Source: Methanothrix sp.
GTDB lineage: Archaea; Halobacteriota; Methanosarcinia; Methanotrichales; Methanotrichaceae
NCBI GenBank assembly: GCA_963682135.1
Contig: OY821645.1
Span: 480,001-544,000 of the forward strand
Direction: 5' to 3'
DNA: 64,000 bases
Shown here: piece after piece, positions 38,291-45,987 of the stretch
Layout: every line of letters begins with the position of its first letter
How positions within the stretch are numbered: the first letter of the stretch is position 1
The notes under the pieces: generated by a model
Database searches by the model: none
Told to the model about the DNA's origin: nothing
Seen by the model: only the letters and a program-made list of their open reading frames with translations
Made by a program: the position numbers and the translations under genes

Positions 38291-41200
38291 ATGAAAGGAG
38301 ATTTTACACGGTTCACATTCGATCCCAAAAAGCATTTCAACAGGGTCTTGATGCAGCAGGGCCGGGTGATCCTGGACGCTGACTGGAACGAGCAATCGGA
38401 TATCCAGAAGCATATCCGGGAAACGGAGGATTCTGATGTCATTGGCCCAAGCGGGGCTCCCATCGATTTTGCCGGTTTCAAGGTCGAGGTTGCACCCGAT
38501 GGTCGAGAGCTGATCCTATCCACCGGCCGGATGTATGTGAATGGGATTTTGTGTGAGCTGGATGCTCATATCCTATATTTTGAAAGTGTAGCCTTCCCAT
38601 CGGAAAAACTGGTAAAGCTTCTCACCCAGAACATCGAAGATATGGGTTTTGAGAAAGGCCAGTGGATTGAGATCTCAGTTAAAAGCGATGAGCAGATTGC
38701 GCCTCAGGTGCTCAAAGTAGTGGAGATAAACGCCGCTGAGTCGATTCTGACCCTAAACGATAATGTCAACGGTAATCTAAGCACTCAGGCGGCATCTTCA
38801 GGCATATTTATAAAAATATTCTCAAAGATAGAAGCAGAGCACGAGCTAGATACCGATGCTTCTGAGACCTTCCTGGCCCATCTGGACGTCTGGGAGAGGC
38901 ACATCACATCTGTGGAAGACGACGGCATTCGGGAAAAGGCCCTGGACGGCCCGGACACCACTACCCGCGCCAAGACTGAGTGGCGCGTGAAACTCTTGCC
39001 CTGCGAGCTGGAGAAAAAATCGTGCCGGGAAGCGGCCTTGAAGCTGAAGAATCTGACGGAAAAGAATGTTTCCCGCCTTGCTGTTCGTCTGCAGCCCTCC
39101 CAGGGTGAATTCTTTGAAGATCCATGTGCCGCACTGCTGCAAGCAGCTTACCGGGGGCTTGAGAACCAGCTCTATCGGGTGGAGATTCACAAGCCAGGTG
39201 AGACAGGAAAGGCTACCTTCAAGTGGTCCCGAAATAACGGGGCGATAGCTTTTGCCATATTGGATTTCATAGCTGAGGAAGCAGCTAACTCCGGGGCAAA
39301 AACCGATCCCAATGTCTACAAGAAGGTGAAGCTGCAGCAGCTCGGATGGGACGAGGAGCTTCGGATCCACAAAGATGATTGGGTCGAGGTCCTGGGCGAT
39401 GAGACTGAGATCTTGGGCAAACCCGGAACTTTGGCCAGAGTTGAGGATATCGATGAGACCGATCTGATCCTGACGCTAACCGTTGATGTGGCCAGGCACC
39501 TGGAAGAATCCAATCCCAAAGTCCGTCTTTGGGATATAGACGCAAGCGAAGGCATATCAACTGTGGGCACCTCTGAAGAGGACTGCTGGATAGAGCTTGA
39601 AAACGGCATAGAGGTCTGCTTTAAAGCGGGCGATTATTACCAGACTGGCGACTACTGGATGATTGCTGCCCGAAGCACGGGAGATATAGAATGGCCTTAT
39701 GACGAGAAAGATTTTGTGCCGAAGTTCGGTATCCAACATCACAATTGTCTGCTGGCTATTTTAACTCGCAATCAGGACAGAATGTGGAAGTTTGAAAAGG
39801 ATTGCCGCAAGCTTTTCCCAAATCTGACGGATATGGTATTCTTCTCCTACGCCGGTGGCGACGGCCAGGAGGCGATGCCTGGAAAGGAGTTGCCATCATC
39901 GCTTCAGGTTGGGGTCCATCGTGGAGGCAGTCCTATTGTTGGGGCAGAGGTGAAGTTTGAGATCGCAAAAGGACAAGGAGAACTTCGATTATCTGATAAT
40001 ACTTTTTCCTATCAAAAAGATTGCACAATTACCACAGGAGAAGACGGCATCGCTGAATGCTTCTGGAAGTTTGGAGAGGACCAGCCAAAAGCAGATCCTA
40101 TCTGGACTGAGATGGTGAAAGCCACACTTCTCTCACCAGAACAGGAGCATCCTCCATCGATTCTCTTTAATGCAAGCGCCAGTGCTGCGTCTCTGTCTTA
40201 CGTCGAAGGGGACGGCCAGGAAGCGATGCCTGGAGAAGAGTTGCCTGCACCTCTCCTGGCGAGGGTCTTTGTGGGCGGCTATCCCTTAAAGAATGCAGAG
40301 GTCGAATTCGAGATTTTAAAAGGTCAAGGAGAGCTGCGTTCGTCAGAAAGCGCATTCTCCGGACTAAGAAATCTTAAAGTAACCGCAGGAGAAGACGGTA
40401 TCGCCCGATGCTTCTGGAAGATTGGGACAGATCAGCCTGAAGGCGCTCTGATCTGGACCGAGCAGGTTGAAGCTAGGCTCATCAATCCAAAACAAGAGCA
40501 TTCCCCATCGATGTTTTTTAACGCCAATGTTATCGCTCTGGCTCTATCCTACGCCGGTGGCGATGGTCAGGAGGCAATGCCTGGAAAGGGTCTGCCTGCA
40601 CCGTTCAGGGTCAGAGTCTCCAGAGGCGAACGTCCAGTTGAAGGGGCAGAGGTCGTATTCGAAATCCTGGAAGGTCAGGGAGTCCTGAATCCTGCCGGCT
40701 CTGTTCCTACCGGAAAGGACGGGATTGCCCAGTGCGCATGTCAGCTTGCAGATGGGGTAGGCAGCATGCACCTTCAAGTAAGGGCTGCGCTTATCAATAT
40801 CGTATGTCCTGACAAAACCGGCGCTCTTTCTCATCCTTCAATTATCTTTAACGCAAATGCCAGTATTGCAGAAGAGGTAGCCTGTGTTCCGCCGACAGAG
40901 TGTTCCCAGCTTAAGGATGTCAGGACCGTCCAAGGTGCCATCAATCGTCTCTGCCAACAGGTCTCATTTTCCTGTATTGGCGGCGATGGCCAGGAGGCTA
41001 TGCCTGGACTTGAGCTTGCCAGCCCGTTACAGGTCAGAGTGGCCAGGGGATCTTACCCTGTCAATGGCGCAAGTGTCAAGTTCAAGATCGAGAGCGAAAA
41101 TGGACTGCTCAGGGATTCAAAAGGTGTGACTGGATATGAGCTTTCAGTTTTAACAGATGAGAACGGTATAGCTGCCTGCTTTTGCATATTGTACAAGAGC

Positions 41201-41827
41201 GCCAGGATCGAGGCAAGACTGTGGCAGCCCGCTCCTCCCGATCAAAGCTTAATATGGTTTAACGCAAGCCTTAGCACCGCAGAAGAGGTGGCTTATGTTC
41301 CGCCTGCAGCGTGCCCCCAGCTGAAAGATGTCAGAACCGTCCAGGCTGCCATTGATGGTCTGTGCAAAACCCTCTCAGAGAGGACATCCCGGGTCGTGTG
41401 GGTTCACGGCAATAGCCTGCAGGTTGAAAAAATGGCAGGAGAAATTACGGTTGTGCGGGAAAATTATGCAACCGCAGTCAGAATGACAGGCGGCTCTAAG
41501 GCCGGAATGCATTTTTCAATTCCAACCATCCAGTCTCCGGGCGGCATCCCCCCGCTGGCTCAGGGGTCCCTGGTTCGTCTCAGAGCATCATCTGATTCTG
41601 CAGCTGCATTTTCTCTTTCCATTGCCGTATCAATCTATGATGGTGAGATTTCGATATCTGATGGTAATAGAATAGGGATTTCCGGAACATGGGAGACAAA
41701 AGAGATCGACTTTCCCGATAAAGAAATAAAGACCGGGCTAGGTATATCGATATATGCAGAGTGCACCGCAGGAAGCGGCAAGATAGAGCTTAGCGCTGCT
41801 GGATGCAGGATTTTATCAGACTGGTGA
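38291..41827 (+). CDS. DUF6519-type fibre-like protein with four Ig-like (Big/invasin-type) repeats
   Basis: MKGDFTRFTFDP.KH...VLMQQGRV.LDADWNEQ; YRGLENQLYRVEIH..G...ATFKWSR.NG; 4x S(Y/C)xxGDGQEAMPG; 2x VRTVQxAIxxLC. Confidence 0.8.
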   Translation: MKGDFTRFTFDPKKHFNRVLMQQGRVILDADWNEQSDIQKHIRETEDSDVIGPSGAPIDFAGFKVEVAPDGRELILSTGRMYVNGILCELDAHILYFESVAFPSEKLVKLLTQNIEDMGFEKGQWIEISVKSDEQIAPQVLKVVEINAAESILTLNDNVNGNLSTQAASSGIFIKIFSKIEAEHELDTDASETFLAHLDVWERHITSVEDDGIREKALDGPDTTTRAKTEWRVKLLPCELEKKSCREAALKLKNLTEKNVSRLAVRLQPSQGEFFEDPCAALLQAAYRGLENQLYRVEIHKPGETGKATFKWSRNNGAIAFAILDFIAEEAANSGAKTDPNVYKKVKLQQLGWDEELRIHKDDWVEVLGDETEILGKPGTLARVEDIDETDLILTLTVDVARHLEESNPKVRLWDIDASEGISTVGTSEEDCWIELENGIEVCFKAGDYYQTGDYWMIAARSTGDIEWPYDEKDFVPKFGIQHHNCLLAILTRNQDRMWKFEKDCRKLFPNLTDMVFFSYAGGDGQEAMPGKELPSSLQVGVHRGGSPIVGAEVKFEIAKGQGELRLSDNTFSYQKDCTITTGEDGIAECFWKFGEDQPKADPIWTEMVKATLLSPEQEHPPSILFNASASAASLSYVEGDGQEAMPGEELPAPLLARVFVGGYPLKNAEVEFEILKGQGELRSSESAFSGLRNLKVTAGEDGIARCFWKIGTDQPEGALIWTEQVEARLINPKQEHSPSMFFNANVIALALSYAGGDGQEAMPGKGLPAPFRVRVSRGERPVEGAEVVFEILEGQGVLNPAGSVPTGKDGIAQCACQLADGVGSMHLQVRAALINIVCPDKTGALSHPSIIFNANASIAEEVACVPPTECSQLKDVRTVQGAINRLCQQVSFSCIGGDGQEAMPGLELASPLQVRVARGSYPVNGASVKFKIESENGLLRDSKGVTGYELSVLTDENGIAACFCILYKSARIEARLWQPAPPDQSLIWFNASLSTAEEVAYVPPAACPQLKDVRTVQAAIDGLCKTLSERTSRVVWVHGNSLQVEKMAGEITVVRENYATAVRMTGGSKAGMHFSIPTIQSPGGIPPLAQGSLVRLRASSDSAAAFSLSIAVSIYDGEISISDGNRIGISGTWETKEIDFPDKEIKTGLGISIYAECTAGSGKIELSAAGCRILSDW

Positions 41828-41860
41828 GCTTCTAGAATGCGATGAAATTGAGGAAGTCTT

Positions 41861-44800
41861 ATGAAAGGCGATTTCACACGGTTTACATTTGATCCCACGA
41901 AGCATTACAGCAGCGTGCGGATGCAACAGGGACGCATTCAGCTCGATGCAGATTGGAACGAACAGGCTGAGATCCAACTGTATCACAGTTATATCACCAA
42001 TCATGACGTAATTGGACTATGCGGCGCTCCCAAACACAATCCCGGATTTGCTATCGGCGTTTCTTCCGGCGAGCTGACAATAGGAAAGGGCCGTTACTAT
42101 GTTGGGGGTATCCTCTGTGAGAATGAGCAGGATATATCTTACTTAGCACAACCGGATATTATTCCTGAGAAGGTTGAGAGCGACGGCCGGTATCTGGCCT
42201 ACCTCGAGGTCTGGCAGAGGCATCTGACTGCTGTTGAGGATGAGGATATCAAGGAGGTGGCCCTCGGTGGGACCGATACCGCAACTCGCACCAAGACCGT
42301 ATGGCAGGTCAAGCTGCGGCGGCTGGAGACCCTCTCTGCAAATCCGGGCGATGACTGTCCCTGTCCCACGGTGACCCGCATTGCCGGTCTTGCTGTCCGA
42401 ACCGATCCCCTGGGGCCTGAGGATCCTTGCATCTTGCAGCAGGGCGCAGGTTACCACGGTCTGGGAAACCAACTATATCGTGTGGAGATCCACCAGCAGG
42501 GAAGGACGGGCGTTGCCACCTTCAAGTGGTCGCGTGATAACGGCTCTATTGTCCGTGCTGTGGAAAAGGTTGACGGCAACTCGATCACATTGCAGGATTG
42601 TGCCCAAGGCATACAGGATATATTTCTGCCAGGCAAGCTGATTGAGATATCCGATGAGCTGCGGGATCTCAGAGGAGCGCCGGGAGTGCTGGCAGCAGTC
42701 CAGTCTGTGCAGGGCAATGTCCTGGTTGTGGCAGAAAGCAAAAGGATAAGCGGAAAGGACTTTCCATCGAGCGGTAAGCCTAAGGTGCGGCTGTGGGATA
42801 ATCAGATTAAAAATAAGCTGGCGAATAATGATGGCAGCCTGAAGACAGGAGCTGATTGGATCGGTCTGGAGACCGGCATTATGGTCCGGTTTGATCCCAA
42901 TGGCGATTATAGGTGTGGCGATTATTGGCTTATTCCGGCCCGCCGGGCCACAGGCCTGATACAATGGCCTCATAGCGAGAATGAATTCGTGCCGCGTCTG
43001 GGCATAATCCGCCATCGCTGCTCTCTGGCCGTCCTGCAGAAGTCCGGCGAATCATGGTCCGCGTTAAAAGACTGCCGCAGAGTATTTCCTCCCCTCACTG
43101 AGATCGAAGTTACGGGTGGTTCGGGCAGCTGCTCGGTCACAGTTGGAAAAGGCGGAGAGTACTCTGATCTGTCTGCTGCCATCGGAGATCTAATTGGCAA
43201 GCACAAAAATGATTCACTGAAGACGATCTGCATCTGTCTGCTGCCTGGAGAGCATATTGTCAAAAACCTGACTGTGGATACGCCGACGAAAACCCCTCAA
43301 TTTAATTTGCACATAAGAGGCTGCGCAAGCTCCACTCTTCTTGTTTCATCCGGCCAGATGAAGATAATCGGACTGGCCAGCGTATCCTTTGAAAATATGC
43401 TGATCAAGACGATAGAATGCAATGATGAGGCGCTGCACGCATCTGGGGCAATCTTCTTAGAGGGCACGGAGAGTATCGCAGTTCGTTCCTGTCGGGTGGA
43501 AGGTGAGGGAATTCCTTTGCTGAGGATCGGTCCCACCGCCAGGCATATCGTCATCAGTAATAGCTTCCTACTTCCCACAGATGTTAGCGAGAGGTTAGCT
43601 CTGGTAATTCATCAGGTAACTGAAGATGCGACCCTGACCCACAATTGGATCAGAGGAAAGCTAAGCCTGGGTCCGACGGGAGTGCATATCGGTACCTGGC
43701 CGGATCTATCTCGCCAGGAGATGAGCCTTGCTGGCGATCTCATGAGGCGTGGTCTGCTCAAGCTGGGGGGAATGAGCAGCGGAACCTTACGGATGCAAGG
43801 AAACCGGCTAACCAGAGTTCTGGCGGGAGATATTATAATTGAGGAGATCAAAGAACTGCTAAAGACAGATGAAGTCACCAAAGAGGGTCCGGGAAGGCCG
43901 TCAAGACCTCTGCAAAAAGTAATTAAATCCTGGTTTTTCCGGCAGGTATTATTCTCGGAAAACATCATTGAAGAGGAGAATGTTGCCCTGCAAGGAAACA
44001 ATCAGGTAATAGGAGAGAGCGTTTCCATTAACTCCAACTGGTTAAGCCCGGCCAGGGGAGATGATACGACTGGAAAGAAGCTATTGGGATGGTCGATGGC
44101 GGACAGCGCTTTTTATGCAGGAAACAGCGGCCTTGAGGATGTTCAGATCTGTGATCTATCCAGGATAAGCAGCAAGGCGGGCAATACCATTGATATCATG
44201 AAGTGCCGGCCTGCCGCTCATTATCTGGCTTATCGATCTCGGGGCGGAAGAGCTCAGAGCTACCGCTGGCATAATGACCGCGTCAGAGCTAACATTATCA
44301 CGGAAAAATGGGAGGAAAACTGTGATTTACTTTCCGCCTTACTGGGAGGCAAGCCGCATTTCCTGCTTCGTGGTCCTACTGCCGATGGAAAGGCGCCTTT
44401 TGCTCTTTATGGCATCAAATCCAAAGCCGTCAGAGAGATGATCTGGTCGGAGAGCTGGGAGTATGATCCGAGTTATGCAATAACCCCTCTGGATATTGGC
44501 GGCCAGATGAACTTTGTCTCTTACAGATCAACTGATGGAGATGTGCAGCTCTGGCGCAGGAATTCGCAGGGAGGCAAGGATATTATCGGCTACGGTTGGG
44601 GCGTAGGATATGAGATAGTGCCGTTTTCGTTCAATTCTGAGCCGCATTTCGTTGCCTACAAGTCGGAGAACGGCAGCGCCGAGATATACCATTGGACATC
44701 TGATGGCAAAAGAGAGACTGTCAGATCGGAGAAGTGGAAAGAGACCTGTAAGCTGGTGCCTTTTGAACTGGAGGGCAAGTCCTATCTCTTGATGTACGGG

Positions 44801-45973
44801 CCCAAAGGAATTTTTAATGACGGACCGGGCAGGTTATTCAACTCGAAGGTCTATATCTGGAATGCCGATAAGAGCAGATCCGAGGCTTATTCTTTTAACC
44901 GCCAGGAAGACTCCATTGTCATGCCCTTCAAGCGGGCTGCGGTTCCTTATGTCATGATATATAAGGAGAGCACAGCCGCTTTTGAGATACATCGCTGGGT
45001 GCAAAAGACGGGGGGAAAGCTGGATCTAGAGATCCTGGCAACAGGGACGATGCCGATCTCTCTGAAGAGCAATCTTACCATTCCTTTTTATCAGGTAACT
45101 GATCTCTATTTCGCTTCTTACGACACGACTACCGGCTTAGCCGTTTTATGTAAAGGATTGGCGGGCGGCACTCCTAAAAATCCAATAGTGACCATTACCC
45201 CGGGAAAGTCCTTCACCTGGCAGAAGGATTCAAATGTGATCGTATTTGAGGCCAATAACCTGCTTCATTTCGTGGTTTACAACCCTAAATCAGGGGCAGT
45301 ACTCTTATCCCGCGGTAAGTCGGAGAAAGAAGGCTATTCTCTGGAGACTGTGTGGACTGGAACCTGGGAACCATCCGATGCTTTGATGGTATTTGATCTG
45401 GGCGGAAAGCCTCACTATTTGGCCAGTATGCAGGAGAAGCGGCTGATTCAGTTAAGCCGCTGGAAGCTGGAAGACGGAACTAATGAATTGATCTGGTCGA
45501 GCGGTTGGGAGGCAGGATATGTCCTTTATAGAGTGCTGCTCTCCGGCCAGTCTCTTGTTCTGGCCTACAAGCCGGGCGACGGGAAGGTGGAGCTGTGCAG
45601 CTGGGATGCAGGTGGTGTGAGGGTGAGCATCTGGGTCAATAGCTGGGAAAAAGGCTACAGCAGGCTGGTCTTCTTTGAGATTGGAGGCCAGCCGGTCTTC
45701 CTGGGCTACCGGCCTGAGGACGGACAGGCAACGCTCTGTAGCTGGGATCCGGCCAAGGGAACTCATGAGGTTGTTTGGAGTGACGAGTGGGGGCAAAATT
45801 ATGCTCCTATGGCCTTCGAGCTGGAGGGCAGCGCTTATCTATTGGTCTACAGGGCGGCGGACGGGCGGGCTGCTCTCTACCGCTGGAACCCTGACGGCAG
45901 CCGGGTGGCGGTCTGGCAGGAAGAGTGGGGGCAGGGATACACGCTGATGCCTTTTTCGCTTTCTGAGGATTAG
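41861..45973 (+). CDS. Second DUF6519-type fibre-like protein with beta-helix and ~12 Trp-rich beta-propeller-like repeats
   Basis: Same MKGDFTRFTFDP...QQGR..LDADWNEQ head; ICLLPGEH beta-helix start; C-terminal repeats such as FLGYRPEDGQATLCSWD...WSDEWGQNY..MAFELEG. Confidence 0.8.
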   Translation: MKGDFTRFTFDPTKHYSSVRMQQGRIQLDADWNEQAEIQLYHSYITNHDVIGLCGAPKHNPGFAIGVSSGELTIGKGRYYVGGILCENEQDISYLAQPDIIPEKVESDGRYLAYLEVWQRHLTAVEDEDIKEVALGGTDTATRTKTVWQVKLRRLETLSANPGDDCPCPTVTRIAGLAVRTDPLGPEDPCILQQGAGYHGLGNQLYRVEIHQQGRTGVATFKWSRDNGSIVRAVEKVDGNSITLQDCAQGIQDIFLPGKLIEISDELRDLRGAPGVLAAVQSVQGNVLVVAESKRISGKDFPSSGKPKVRLWDNQIKNKLANNDGSLKTGADWIGLETGIMVRFDPNGDYRCGDYWLIPARRATGLIQWPHSENEFVPRLGIIRHRCSLAVLQKSGESWSALKDCRRVFPPLTEIEVTGGSGSCSVTVGKGGEYSDLSAAIGDLIGKHKNDSLKTICICLLPGEHIVKNLTVDTPTKTPQFNLHIRGCASSTLLVSSGQMKIIGLASVSFENMLIKTIECNDEALHASGAIFLEGTESIAVRSCRVEGEGIPLLRIGPTARHIVISNSFLLPTDVSERLALVIHQVTEDATLTHNWIRGKLSLGPTGVHIGTWPDLSRQEMSLAGDLMRRGLLKLGGMSSGTLRMQGNRLTRVLAGDIIIEEIKELLKTDEVTKEGPGRPSRPLQKVIKSWFFRQVLFSENIIEEENVALQGNNQVIGESVSINSNWLSPARGDDTTGKKLLGWSMADSAFYAGNSGLEDVQICDLSRISSKAGNTIDIMKCRPAAHYLAYRSRGGRAQSYRWHNDRVRANIITEKWEENCDLLSALLGGKPHFLLRGPTADGKAPFALYGIKSKAVREMIWSESWEYDPSYAITPLDIGGQMNFVSYRSTDGDVQLWRRNSQGGKDIIGYGWGVGYEIVPFSFNSEPHFVAYKSENGSAEIYHWTSDGKRETVRSEKWKETCKLVPFELEGKSYLLMYGPKGIFNDGPGRLFNSKVYIWNADKSRSEAYSFNRQEDSIVMPFKRAAVPYVMIYKESTAAFEIHRWVQKTGGKLDLEILATGTMPISLKSNLTIPFYQVTDLYFASYDTTTGLAVLCKGLAGGTPKNPIVTITPGKSFTWQKDSNVIVFEANNLLHFVVYNPKSGAVLLSRGKSEKEGYSLETVWTGTWEPSDALMVFDLGGKPHYLASMQEKRLIQLSRWKLEDGTNELIWSSGWEAGYVLYRVLLSGQSLVLAYKPGDGKVELCSWDAGGVRVSIWVNSWEKGYSRLVFFEIGGQPVFLGYRPEDGQATLCSWDPAKGTHEVVWSDEWGQNYAPMAFELEGSAYLLVYRAADGRAALYRWNPDGSRVAVWQEEWGQGYTLMPFSLSED

Positions 45974-45987
45974 GGGGAGAAGCAATT

